A stretch of DNA of 64,000 nt, from contig CAYJKO010000002.1 in assembly GCA_964371145.1 (NCBI GenBank), forward strand, positions 14,330-78,329. Direction: 5' to 3'. Under the pieces are notes generated by a model that had not been told where the DNA came from, searched no databases, and saw only the letters and a list, made by a program, of their open reading frames with translations. The translations under genes were made by a program, and so were the position numbers. Each line of letters opens with the position of its first letter. Position 1 is the stretch's first letter. Below, in pieces: positions 1-9,510 of this stretch. This DNA is from an uncultured Muribaculaceae bacterium (GTDB lineage: Bacteria > Pseudomonadota > Alphaproteobacteria > Rs-D84).

Positions 1-19
1 TATAATAATAGGATTTAAC

Positions 20-316
20 ATGGCATTTAGCAAGCAACAATTACAAAAATTTGCAAATCTTATCAGATTAGATTTGAATGATGAACAATTAGAACAAATG
101 AATCTGGATTCAATCGTTGGATGGTTGGATAAATTACAACAAATTAATACAGATGGAGTTACCCCGATGTTGACACCGGCCGACCACGAATTTCCAACAC
201 GTGAAGACGTTGTAACATCACCAAATATCCGCGAAAATTTATTGAAAAACGCACCAGACACGACCGGTAATGCACGTGGTTATTTCGCGGTCCCAAAAGT
301 AATTGACGAAGAATAA
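20..316 (+). CDS. gatC: Glu-tRNA(Gln)/Asp-tRNA(Asn) amidotransferase subunit C
   Basis: 98-aa ORF with an aggat RBS upstream. It is a small acidic protein sitting directly 5' of gatA, in the conserved gatC-gatA-gatB order. Confidence 0.75.
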   Translation: MAFSKQQLQKFANLIRLDLNDEQLEQMNLDSIVGWLDKLQQINTDGVTPMLTPADHEFPTREDVVTSPNIRENLLKNAPDTTGNARGYFAVPKVIDEE

Positions 317-327
317 GGCAGGATAAA

Positions 328-1794
328 ATGATAAATTTAACAATAACCCAGGCTTTGGAAAAATTGAAATCTGGTGAAATCACAGCTACCGAATTAACAA
401 ATGCGTATTTGGACAGAATAGAAGAATTAAATCCTGAATTAAATTGTTATATCACGGTTACGCGTGAACGCGCATTAAAAGACGCAGCAGAATCAGACGC
501 ACGTTATGCAGCCGGCAATCCACGCCCACTGGACGGGATTCCAATCGGCATGAAAGATTTGTTTGCAACCAATGGTATCCGTACGACGGCGGCATCCCGT
601 ATGTTGGAAAATTTTGTTCCAGAATATGAATCAACAATATCACAAAAATTCATAGACGCGGGCTCTGTATTGTTGGGAAAAACAAATTTGGATGAATTTG
701 CGATGGGAACTTTTTCCAAAACCAGTTTTTTTGGCGCGCCGATAAATCCATATCAAATGGATAAAAAATTAACAGCCGGTGGATCATCCGGTGGCGCAAC
801 GTCCGCGATTGCATCTGGTTTGGCTATGGCGGGAACCGGAACGGATACCGGTGGTTCTATTCGTTTCCCGGCCGCAATTACCGGATTGGTCGGAATGAAA
901 CCAACGTATGGATTGTGTTCCCGATTTGGATGTATTGCGTTTTCATCTTCTTTGGATACACCGGGGCCGATTGCTCGTACGGTTGATGATACTGCCCTGC
1001 TTTTGGCAACTATGGCGGGTTACGATGAAAAAGAATCTACATCTGCAAAATGCGATACGGATTTTTCTAAACCTTTGCAACCTATTTTGGGCGGCAATGA
1101 CAAAATTAAAATCGGTATCGTACGTGAATTTAATGATATAGAGATATCGGATGATATGAAAAAATTATTTGATTTGCGCATTAATCAATTAATCGACATG
1201 GGCGCTGAAATCGTGGACGTTTCTATTCCAAATATTTTGGACGCGTTGGCGGCATATTATATTATCGCCCCGGCCGAGGCATCTTCCAATTTGGCGCGTT
1301 ATGACGGCATGCGTTATGGTTTGCGCGTTGAAGGCGAAAATTTAATCGATACATACAAAAAAACTCGCTCGGCTGGATTTGGATCAGAAGTACAACGCCG
1401 TTTGATGATAGGTACAGCCGTTCTATCTTCTGAAAGTTACGAAGTATATTTTATGAAAGCTGCCCGCGTTCGCCGTTTAATCGCAGACGCATACGCCGCC
1501 GCATTCAAAGAATGTGATTTCATCATTTGTCCGTCTGGGGCTGGCACCGCACAACCTTTGGAAAAAGATTTATCGCCATTGGAATATTACGCATTGGATA
1601 TGTTTACAGTATCTATGAATTTGGCTGGGATCCCTGCGTGCAGCGTTCCGTGCGGATTGGCGACCAATGGATTGCCATTGGGTATGCAAATCGTTGGAAA
1701 TAAATTCGATGATTACCGCGTTATGCAAATGGCAAAACACATAGAAACTTTGGCAGATTTAGATAATCGCCCAACAACAATTATGGGAAAATAA
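328..1794 (+). CDS. gatA: Glu-tRNA(Gln) amidotransferase subunit A (amidase signature family)
   Basis: 488 aa. Carries the amidase-signature Gly/Ser-rich motif (TAGGSSGGATSAIASG) and a catalytic Ser-cisSer-Lys context. Start codon lies 12 nt after the gatC stop. Confidence 0.9.
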   Translation: MINLTITQALEKLKSGEITATELTNAYLDRIEELNPELNCYITVTRERALKDAAESDARYAAGNPRPLDGIPIGMKDLFATNGIRTTAASRMLENFVPEYESTISQKFIDAGSVLLGKTNLDEFAMGTFSKTSFFGAPINPYQMDKKLTAGGSSGGATSAIASGLAMAGTGTDTGGSIRFPAAITGLVGMKPTYGLCSRFGCIAFSSSLDTPGPIARTVDDTALLLATMAGYDEKESTSAKCDTDFSKPLQPILGGNDKIKIGIVREFNDIEISDDMKKLFDLRINQLIDMGAEIVDVSIPNILDALAAYYIIAPAEASSNLARYDGMRYGLRVEGENLIDTYKKTRSAGFGSEVQRRLMIGTAVLSSESYEVYFMKAARVRRLIADAYAAAFKECDFIICPSGAGTAQPLEKDLSPLEYYALDMFTVSMNLAGIPACSVPCGLATNGLPLGMQIVGNKFDDYRVMQMAKHIETLADLDNRPTTIMGK

Positions 1795-1797
1795 TAA

Positions 1798-3066
1798 ATG
1801 TTTGGATTGAAAAAGAAAAAGCCACAGATTACAGAATCCAAGGTGGAAAAAATATTAGAAGAATACATTGACGCAGCGCACAAAGAATTGGATGCGCCGG
1901 CGAACCCTGTATTAAACGAATATTACGAAAAAGATAAATCCAGATTTGGTTTTTGGGGGCTGGATGCCGCCAAATTGGTTAAAACGCCGGAAACTTTGTA
2001 TATTCCGGGCAGTTTTGATGCATATAAATTTACTGCCCTGGGTAATGAATTCAAATTTAAATCAGACGCATATAAAAAATCTATCGAAGAAACTGTATCC
2101 GCCGCAACCAAAATAGTAAACTGGACAAATGATTTAAATTTAAATGAATTATTTTTGAAAAATTCTGTATATTCTGCAAAACATCGTTGGCCATTTACTT
2201 GTAATATTAATTTCGAAGATATAAATACAGACCGCGATAAAATTTTTAAAGTCATAACCCATATGCATAATATCAATTCTGATGCCGCATTGGTAAAAGC
2301 CGGCGCAGGTATGGGATGGGTTGCGCGTAAAAAATTGGATTTAGACCCTCTATTTTATGCTTTTGGGTCAAAATTCTATCAAATCGGAAATAAAAAAACG
2401 GGCGCCACACAAACAATTGAACACAGTGGCAAAGCATTGTTTGAAGAGATTTTAAAAACGACCATAGAACACGATTCTAATTTGGAATTAATAAAATCGT
2501 ATCATATCGGTATGCCGATTACGAAAGAAATTCGTATATTTACAATTGATGGCGCGGTTCAGGCTTTTATACCATATTGGATCGAAGCCGCATTCAAAGG
2601 TCAGTCTGTATACGGCATGAAACCGGGAAAAGATTTCAAAACCGCATTTAAAGAAATAAATACATTTGATAAATCCGATTTGGATTATTTACGTTCCCAA
2701 ACAGAAATTTTGGCTCAATATCCAAAATTCCGTGATTCAAATTGGGCAATTGATTGGGTTACAACTCGTGATGGTGAATGGTATATGACCGATATGCAAA
2801 TTGCCGAATCGTCATACTTGTCTTATAAAGACGCTATTTTCGCAACGAAAGATTCGGAAAAAGAAATTTATAATTTAATGAATAATTGTTTGCAAAAAAT
2901 GAAGGCTCAAAAAGCGGCTATGTCTAAATTGGAACACGTTATGTTTGCAATGATGGGTTGTAAAATGACCATAGCAGGCCAGCTGGAACGTTCTGGATAC
3001 CCAACTCAACGAGAATTGTTGAAAATGGGAAAATTGTTATCAGGGGGGAATCAAAAAACAAAATAA
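1798..3066 (+). CDS. hypothetical protein with ATP-grasp-like C-terminal motifs, inserted between gatA and gatB
   Basis: 422-aa ORF that starts 4 nt after the gatA stop. The C-terminal segment IDWVTTRDGEWYMTDMQIAES resembles the ATP-grasp strand motif (D-f..dG.wy..E.N). Upstream, LVKAGAGMGWV and EIRIFTIDG are consistent with ATP-grasp nucleotide-binding strands. I recognise no housekeeping homolog. Confidence 0.5.
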   Translation: MFGLKKKKPQITESKVEKILEEYIDAAHKELDAPANPVLNEYYEKDKSRFGFWGLDAAKLVKTPETLYIPGSFDAYKFTALGNEFKFKSDAYKKSIEETVSAATKIVNWTNDLNLNELFLKNSVYSAKHRWPFTCNINFEDINTDRDKIFKVITHMHNINSDAALVKAGAGMGWVARKKLDLDPLFYAFGSKFYQIGNKKTGATQTIEHSGKALFEEILKTTIEHDSNLELIKSYHIGMPITKEIRIFTIDGAVQAFIPYWIEAAFKGQSVYGMKPGKDFKTAFKEINTFDKSDLDYLRSQTEILAQYPKFRDSNWAIDWVTTRDGEWYMTDMQIAESSYLSYKDAIFATKDSEKEIYNLMNNCLQKMKAQKAAMSKLEHVMFAMMGCKMTIAGQLERSGYPTQRELLKMGKLLSGGNQKTK

Positions 3067-3084
3067 AAATCCCCATACGGGGAT
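3061..3084 (-). terminator. hairpin (atcccc-atac-ggggat) with A/T run; terminator for the minus-strand tRNA-Phe and plausibly for the plus-strand ORF 1798..3066
   Basis: Perfect 6-bp GC-rich stem at 3069..3084 with a 4-nt loop. On the minus-strand transcript it is followed by tttttatttt. Confidence 0.5.
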
Positions 3085-3090
3085 TGAAAC

Positions 3091-3166
3091 TGGTGGCTAG
3101 GGACGGAATCGAACCGCCGACACAGGGATTTTCAGTCCCTTGCTCTACCAACTGAGCTACCTAGCC
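3091..3166 (-). tRNA. tRNA-Phe (anticodon GAA)
   Basis: Reverse complement gives GGCTAGG-TA-GCTCAGTTGGTAGAGC-A-AGGGA-CTGAAAA-TCCCT-GTGTC-GGCGGTTCGATTCCGTC-CCTAGCC-ACCA. This is 76 nt with a canonical cloverleaf, anticodon loop CTGAAAA (anticodon GAA), a T-loop TTCGATT and an encoded CCA. Confidence 0.9.
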
Positions 3167-3221
3167 GAAACGAAAGTAATAATAAGACAGATTAAATAAA
3201 AAATCAAGGGAAAAAGAAAAA

Positions 3222-4739
3222 ATGTTTACAATAAAAGGAAAAACAGGTGATTGGGAATTGGTAATTGGGTTAGAAACTCATATTGAAATCCTGTCAGAAT
3301 CTAAATTATTCAGCGGCGCAAGCGCGGATTATAACCCAAGCGTATCGCCAAATACCCAAGCTTCTTTCATCGATACCGCAATGCCGGGTATGTTACCTGT
3401 TTTAAATAAATATTGCGTAGAACAAGCAATCAAAATGGGACTGGGATTAAATGCTGAAATTTCCAAAGTCAGCAAATTTGCACGTAAACAATATTTCTAC
3501 CCTGACCTGCCACAAGGTTATCAGATTTCTCAACCCGCAGAAGAACCACCGGTTGTGGGGCGCGGATGGATTGAAATTATGGACGATAACGGCAACCCTA
3601 AAAAGATTAATATCGAACGCGCGCATTTGGAACAAGACGCAGGAAAATTAAAACACGATGCTCATCCGACTAAATCTTTTGCGGATTACAACAGAACGGG
3701 CGTCGCATTATTGGAAATCGTTACGTTTTTAGATATTAAAAATCCTGAAAACAATTCATATATATCATCCCCGATTGAAGCCGAAAATTATCTGCGTGAA
3801 ATTCGCGAAATTGCACGCGCACTGGGCGTATCACACGCGAACATGGAAGAAGGTTCAATGCGCGCGGACGTAAATGTGTCAGTTCGCCGCGCGGGTTCAA
3901 ATGAATTTGGAACCAGAACAGAAACAAAAAATATGGTATCTTTTAAATTTATTAAATCTGCAATTGAATATGAGGCCCGTCGTCAAATCGAAATTATCGA
4001 ATCGGGTGGCACAGTTTCACAGGACACAATGCGATACAATCAATCAACTGGAGAAACATCCGTTATGCGTTCCAAAGAAGACGCGTTAGATTACAGATAT
4101 TTCCCAGATCCGGATTTATTACCTTTAATCATCACGGACGAACAAATTGAAAACGTGCGTAAAAATATGCCTGAATTGCCATCTGCTACACGTAAAAGAT
4201 ATATTGAATCATTCGGATTATCTGAATATGATGCAGCGCGTCTGACAGAATCTGTTGCAATATCCAAATGGTACGAAACGTCTGTCGGCGGCGAAATCCG
4301 CCGTGCAAAACCGATTGCAAACTGGTTGATTTCCGAATTATTTGCACACCCTGAAAACTGGTCTGTGGACAATAAACCCGAACAAACAGAATTCAGAATT
4401 ATAACCCCGTCTGATTTGGCCGAATTGGTTGATATGATATCTGCAAATGATATCAACGGTAAGATGGCAAAAGACATATTTATCAAAATGTTGGATGGTG
4501 AAATTGGAACACCACGCGAAATTGCCGATAAATTTGGTTTAAAACAAATGTCAGATTCCGGCGCGATTGAGGCAGCCGTTGATGATATAATTGCAAACAA
4601 CGCATCCCAAGTAGAACAATATAAATCTGGCAAAGTCGGATTGATGGGATTCTTTGTAGGCCAAGTTATGAAAGCAACAGGTGGCGCGGCCAACCCTGGA
4701 ACGGTTAATGAATTATTAAAGAAAAAATTAGGAGAATAA
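3222..4739 (+). CDS. gatB: Glu-tRNA(Gln) amidotransferase subunit B
   Basis: 505 aa. N-terminal GatB catalytic region (ELVIGLETHIEI..) and C-terminal GatB/YqeY helical domain (..VGLMGFFVGQVMKATGGAANP..). Confidence 0.9.
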   Translation: MFTIKGKTGDWELVIGLETHIEILSESKLFSGASADYNPSVSPNTQASFIDTAMPGMLPVLNKYCVEQAIKMGLGLNAEISKVSKFARKQYFYPDLPQGYQISQPAEEPPVVGRGWIEIMDDNGNPKKINIERAHLEQDAGKLKHDAHPTKSFADYNRTGVALLEIVTFLDIKNPENNSYISSPIEAENYLREIREIARALGVSHANMEEGSMRADVNVSVRRAGSNEFGTRTETKNMVSFKFIKSAIEYEARRQIEIIESGGTVSQDTMRYNQSTGETSVMRSKEDALDYRYFPDPDLLPLIITDEQIENVRKNMPELPSATRKRYIESFGLSEYDAARLTESVAISKWYETSVGGEIRRAKPIANWLISELFAHPENWSVDNKPEQTEFRIITPSDLAELVDMISANDINGKMAKDIFIKMLDGEIGTPREIADKFGLKQMSDSGAIEAAVDDIIANNASQVEQYKSGKVGLMGFFVGQVMKATGGAANPGTVNELLKKKLGE

Positions 4740-4939
4740 AATGGCAAAAACAATCAAAATTATAAAAATGTTGAACTATAATATAATCACAGGTACAACA
4801 TACGGAACTGTTGAAATATCATTGAACGAAACAATTATCCAGAACACCCCAACTGCGCGCGCTTTTGAAATTGCAAAAACAAAATCAAACATTTTGAAAA
4901 AACGTAACAGAACTTTAAACATACGAAATAAATAAAATT

Positions 4940-6244
4940 ATGAAACAATTTTTTATACAAACTTTTGGTTGCCAAATGAACGTGTACGATTCAATTCGTA
5001 TTACGTCTATGTTAATTGACACGGGCTGGGCAAAATGCGACGTGGTCGAAGATGCCGATTTAATCATTTTAAACACCTGCTCTGTTCGCGAAAAAGCAAC
5101 GAACAAGGTTTTTTCCGCATTGGGACGAATTCGTCGTAAAAAAAAGCCTGACGCATTGTTTGGTATTGTCGGATGTGTTGCCCGCGAAGCCGGCGCAGAT
5201 GCTTTCCGACGTATCCCTGAATTGAATTTTGTTCTGGGACCACAAAGTTATCATAAATTGCCAACAATTTTGGAAAATCCAGATTCCAGATTATTAAATA
5301 TCGATCTGGGCGGATTGGAAAAATTTGACGAATTGCCACGGCAAAAAACATCCGACACGGTTGCATTTATTCCAATCCAAGAAGGATGCAATCACGTCTG
5401 TACGTATTGCATTGTGCCGTACACACGCGGGCGTGAATTATCACGACCATTCAATGATGTTATGGCAGATACAATGAATGCGATAAATAATGGCGCTATG
5501 GAAATATATTTTCTGGGTCAAAATGTCAACGGCTATAAATTCACAGATGAAAATGGAAAATTATTTACTTTGGCAGATTTAATAATCGAAACTGCAAAAC
5601 AAGAATCCGTTCATCGCATACGTTTTACGTCCAGTTATCCAACCGAAATGACAGACGAATTAATTGATTTATTCCGTACAGAACCAAAATTGATGCCTCT
5701 TGTTCATCTGCCAATCCAAAGCGGCAGCGCAGATGTTTTAAAAAGAATGAACAGACCATATTCATTAGAATTATATAAAGATATAATTGATAAATTACGT
5801 ATCGCAAATCCAAACATCAAAATTTCATCTGATTTTATAGTTGGTTTCCCCGGTGAAACCGACGCAGATTTTGAACAAACGATGGAAATTGTAAAATACG
5901 TTGGGTATGTAAATTCTTATTCTTTTAAATACAGCCCTCGTCCGCATACGGCAGCGGCATTGATGACAGATCAGATACCTGAAAAAATAAAAGCAGCTCG
6001 TTTGAAAATTTTGGATGATTATTTAAACGTTTTACAACGTGAATTTAATGAATCTTTTATCGACAAAATCATACCTGTTATGTTTGAAAGCATCGACCGT
6101 ACCGGTAATTATTTAATAACCAGAACGCCCCACGGCCAGCAATGCTTGATACCAAAGCCTGATTTCAAATTACCACCCGTTATAAATGTTAAAATAACAT
6201 CTGGGAACAAATCTACTTTACGCGGTGAAATTGTTATCGATTAA
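4940..6244 (+). CDS. miaB: tRNA-i6A37 methylthiotransferase (radical SAM MTTase)
   Basis: 434 aa. N-terminal MTTase domain (FIQTFGCQMN), radical-SAM CxxxCxxC (CTYCIVPYTRG), C-terminal TRAM domain. Confidence 0.85.
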   Translation: MKQFFIQTFGCQMNVYDSIRITSMLIDTGWAKCDVVEDADLIILNTCSVREKATNKVFSALGRIRRKKKPDALFGIVGCVAREAGADAFRRIPELNFVLGPQSYHKLPTILENPDSRLLNIDLGGLEKFDELPRQKTSDTVAFIPIQEGCNHVCTYCIVPYTRGRELSRPFNDVMADTMNAINNGAMEIYFLGQNVNGYKFTDENGKLFTLADLIIETAKQESVHRIRFTSSYPTEMTDELIDLFRTEPKLMPLVHLPIQSGSADVLKRMNRPYSLELYKDIIDKLRIANPNIKISSDFIVGFPGETDADFEQTMEIVKYVGYVNSYSFKYSPRPHTAAALMTDQIPEKIKAARLKILDDYLNVLQREFNESFIDKIIPVMFESIDRTGNYLITRTPHGQQCLIPKPDFKLPPVINVKITSGNKSTLRGEIVID

Positions 6245-7782
6245 AACACAGTGTTCGCACCGAAATTAAACCTGTGACCTATTTTGTTATGCGGCATATA
6301 ATCTGCCGCATACATAAAATTCACACCAAACTTATCCGCAACAGAAAAATAATTATGTTTGACACCAAAAGAATAAATATTATTGGTCTGTAAGATTAAA
6401 AACGATTCGTATTTATTTATCGCGCCACCGTATTGCTTTTCGTATTTTAAATTTATACCTGCCCTTGCATAAACATCTTGCTCATTATTATTTAAAATAC
6501 TATACCGATTAAAACCTGAACCTATAAATGGGTGCAAATCTACATTTCCCGACTTGAAAGAAACGAATCCAAAATCTCCAGACATATAAACAGAATCAGC
6601 CGCCACGTTTAAAATCAAATCACCTGAATTGAATACACCATCTGTTTCATATTTTGCATAATTATAACCGATTACACCATCAAACCAATTCGTATCATGC
6701 TTATAGCCTAAATGTAATGCGCCACCATAAATATCACCAACATAATCATTATATTCATCCGAATTTTTAAAGCTTCCAAAATGTCCCGATAATCCAATGC
6801 TGAAATTTCCGAAATTTAAAAACGATTTTGCGTTTAAAATATTCATATTTATATCATCTGACATTATATAATTTGCGTCCATTTCAAAATCGTCTTTTTC
6901 TTTATAATCTTTAAAACCCAAAACCATATTATTATTAAAAGTTTTCAACGGATTCAATAAATTTAAAGGATTAAACAATACTGATTTTGCCATAATTGAA
7001 TTCATTTCTGTTGTACAACTGGCGTTATCCATCGCATTTATAAAACCGGCATTAACATTTGATGTGCGCATAGAATTCAAAACAGAACCAGTCGTAACAC
7101 CCAAAACCTTTTTATAATCGGTTTCTCTGACGATATTCAAAACCAAATTTCCGTCCTGTACGACAGATTCCGCCGTATACAACGGATTTAAATTTAAAAC
7201 ATTAATATCTATATCCGCGCCAGACAATGAAACATTTTTAACAATAATTCCGTCTTTTTGTTCGTCCATATTTAATGTTAAATTTCCTTCGATAATTATA
7301 TTTTTCAGATCCAAAACAACATCCATAAAAAGACTGGTATCTTTTAATATTAATTTATCTGCATTTGTAACATTACCCATTATTTCAGATGTTTTAATAT
7401 TATTATTTCCCGTGACTTTAACAGAATAATTCAAATCATCATCAACTGAAATGCTTCCCAAAGATTCTTCAGAATCGATTATTTGTATTAAATTCGAATT
7501 TGTGTTGCCTGAAAATACAGACCCTATATTTCCATAATTATAAATATTTAAATCACAACCGTCACAAATATGAAAATCGGCGGACGTTATATTTGCAAAG
7601 TTCTTTATAGTAATAGAATTTTCAGAATATAAACTTTCCGCTGTAACAATTGAATTTTCTGCTATATCAATAGACCTGTCGAAGCCATATGAAACACCAA
7701 CGGCATATATAAAAGCATCTGCCGCATGCGCCAAAGTTGACGAAACAATTCCTATAAAAGCTATTATTAATTTGTTATCCAT
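6241..7782 (-). CDS. outer-membrane beta-barrel / autotransporter-like surface protein
   Basis: 513 aa. Signal peptide (..TLAHAADA), repetitive N/S/G-rich passenger region. C-terminal region has alternating aromatic/hydrophobic residues and ends ..GANTVF (C-terminal Phe), typical of OM beta-barrels. Confidence 0.5.
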   Translation of the reverse strand: MDNKLIIAFIGIVSSTLAHAADAFIYAVGVSYGFDRSIDIAENSIVTAESLYSENSITIKNFANITSADFHICDGCDLNIYNYGNIGSVFSGNTNSNLIQIIDSEESLGSISVDDDLNYSVKVTGNNNIKTSEIMGNVTNADKLILKDTSLFMDVVLDLKNIIIEGNLTLNMDEQKDGIIVKNVSLSGADIDINVLNLNPLYTAESVVQDGNLVLNIVRETDYKKVLGVTTGSVLNSMRTSNVNAGFINAMDNASCTTEMNSIMAKSVLFNPLNLLNPLKTFNNNMVLGFKDYKEKDDFEMDANYIMSDDINMNILNAKSFLNFGNFSIGLSGHFGSFKNSDEYNDYVGDIYGGALHLGYKHDTNWFDGVIGYNYAKYETDGVFNSGDLILNVAADSVYMSGDFGFVSFKSGNVDLHPFIGSGFNRYSILNNNEQDVYARAGINLKYEKQYGGAINKYESFLILQTNNIYSFGVKHNYFSVADKFGVNFMYAADYMPHNKIGHRFNFGANTVF

Positions 7783-7889
7783 AACGGATAAAATTATAAC
7801 TCACAGGATTTTATTCACAAGAAATAATTAATAAAAATTCCCGACATTTTTTGTCGGGAATCAAAAACAATAAAGACTGTTTATAAAAC

Positions 7890-8453
7890 CTACATTTTAC
7901 AAGGTTTAATCATACCCCATGCGGCTTTATATCCGTTATCGCGGGTAAATATGATTTTATTAAATGCGGTATCTTCTAATGTCATATCCTCAATCCATAA
8001 ATCTTTTGATAATACGCCATGACCATCTGACATAACGGTCGGTGTATCTGCATCAATATATTCTATCTTGCAATCTGATTTATTTGCAGTTTTACATTCA
8101 TATTCTGCGAATTGAATTTCATATGGCACACCAACTCTCATATCTTTTACGTGGAATTTAGCCATCACACCATTTTTTTCGTTGTGCATTTTAACTGTTC
8201 CTATTTCAACAGCTTTGCCGTGTCCGTTTTTAGAATATATCACAGCATGGGTACATTTTACGTCTTTCATATCCATATCTTTCATATCATGATGCATCAT
8301 TTTTTTATCATGCATATTTTGTTTTGCGTGCATTTCGTGTTTTTGATGATGTTCTGACGCGTGTTTTTTATCACCATGATGGCAAGCCGCCAAAACAAAC
8401 ATTGAAAATAAAACGGATGCGAACAATCCTGTGCGTTTAAATAAATTTTTCAT
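7890..8453 (-). CDS. secreted His/Met-rich putative metal-binding protein
   Basis: Start chosen at MKNLFKR.. (GGAG RBS 8 nt upstream), giving 187 aa. Signal peptide, then a His/Met/Asp/Lys-rich low-complexity stretch (HHGDKKHASEHHQKHEMHAKQNMHDKKMMHHDMKDMDMKD) and a Cys-containing globular C-terminus. Confidence 0.5.
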   Translation of the reverse strand: MKNLFKRTGLFASVLFSMFVLAACHHGDKKHASEHHQKHEMHAKQNMHDKKMMHHDMKDMDMKDVKCTHAVIYSKNGHGKAVEIGTVKMHNEKNGVMAKFHVKDMRVGVPYEIQFAEYECKTANKSDCKIEYIDADTPTVMSDGHGVLSKDLWIEDMTLEDTAFNKIIFTRDNGYKAAWGMIKPCKM

Positions 8454-8594
8454 AGATTTCTCCTTTTTTCTTATGAACAATATTATTATATCGCAAAAAA
8501 AGCCTGTTTTCGTTAAGTTATACTTCCTAAATCCCTTGTATAAATTCCTATGAACTGGTACAATGGCTTGAAAATAACAAAAGGACTTTTTAAT

Positions 8595-9503
8595 ATGTTG
8601 CTGGGGATATTGGCCGGTTTTGGAACAACGATTATACATTCTGTATCAAATATATTTGATGCATACATCGTTGAAAAATTTTTCAAAAAAGTTTCAACCG
8701 CTGTTTTCTTTAATGGCATTACTAATATTATCGCGATACCGATTATATTGATGTTCGGGATGCCACAGATGCTGACCGTTGAAGCTTTTGTTTTCATAGC
8801 TATTGCATCTTTAATAGAGGTTTTTTATCAATTTCCATATTATACCGCACTGAAAAAAACCGATACTTCCGTTGTAGTTGCAATGTTTTCATTGGGCAAA
8901 TTATCTATCCCGATTATGGCATATTTTATGTTGGGCGAACAATTGGCACCCATGCAATACTTTGGATTTTTTATCGTAATATTTGCAAATTTATTAATGA
9001 ACCTTACCATTTCAAAAGGCGGGAATAAGAAAAAGCTGTTATTAAATGCAGGATTTATATTAATGCTGATTGTATCCCTTGTCTGTTCTTTCCAGGCCAT
9101 CGTATCTAAAAAAGGATTAATCGAATCGGATTGGGTTACATTTATGTTTTGGTACACAATAATAACCAGCGGGCTTTCTTTTACATTATTGTTTCCATCA
9201 TCCAGCAGATCGGACATAAAAAAATCGACTCCCGTATTTTTCAAAAATTGGAAAACATTTTTTGGTATGGAACTGGCGAATCAAACGGCCGGCATGTTGT
9301 CAAAATATGCATTGATGGTTTTGCCTGTGATGATTTTAAAATCTTTAACATCGACCCAACCTATTTTCTGTTTGATATCAGGATACATTTTATATAAATT
9401 ATTTGGCGACAGATTCAAAGAAAATTTTGATAAAAAAAGCATTCGACGAAAATTGATATTTTTCGCAGTAATTATATTTGGCGTATATTTAACATTAGGA
9501 TAA
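8595..9503 (+). CDS. DMT-superfamily (EamA-like) membrane transporter, paralog 1
   Basis: 302 aa from ATG at 8595 (AAGGA RBS). About 10 predicted TM helices arranged as two half-repeats. Clearly paralogous to the adjacent 9511..10419 ORF. Confidence 0.5.
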   Translation: MLLGILAGFGTTIIHSVSNIFDAYIVEKFFKKVSTAVFFNGITNIIAIPIILMFGMPQMLTVEAFVFIAIASLIEVFYQFPYYTALKKTDTSVVVAMFSLGKLSIPIMAYFMLGEQLAPMQYFGFFIVIFANLLMNLTISKGGNKKKLLLNAGFILMLIVSLVCSFQAIVSKKGLIESDWVTFMFWYTIITSGLSFTLLFPSSSRSDIKKSTPVFFKNWKTFFGMELANQTAGMLSKYALMVLPVMILKSLTSTQPIFCLISGYILYKLFGDRFKENFDKKSIRRKLIFFAVIIFGVYLTLG

Positions 9504-9510
9504 AAAAATA

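Noticed and set aside
4741-4935. 64-aa ORF in the gatB-miaB spacer
   Set aside because: Low-complexity Asn/Ile/Lys-rich product, no convincing RBS, starts 2 nt after the gatB stop inside an AT-rich promoter region. Likely spurious.
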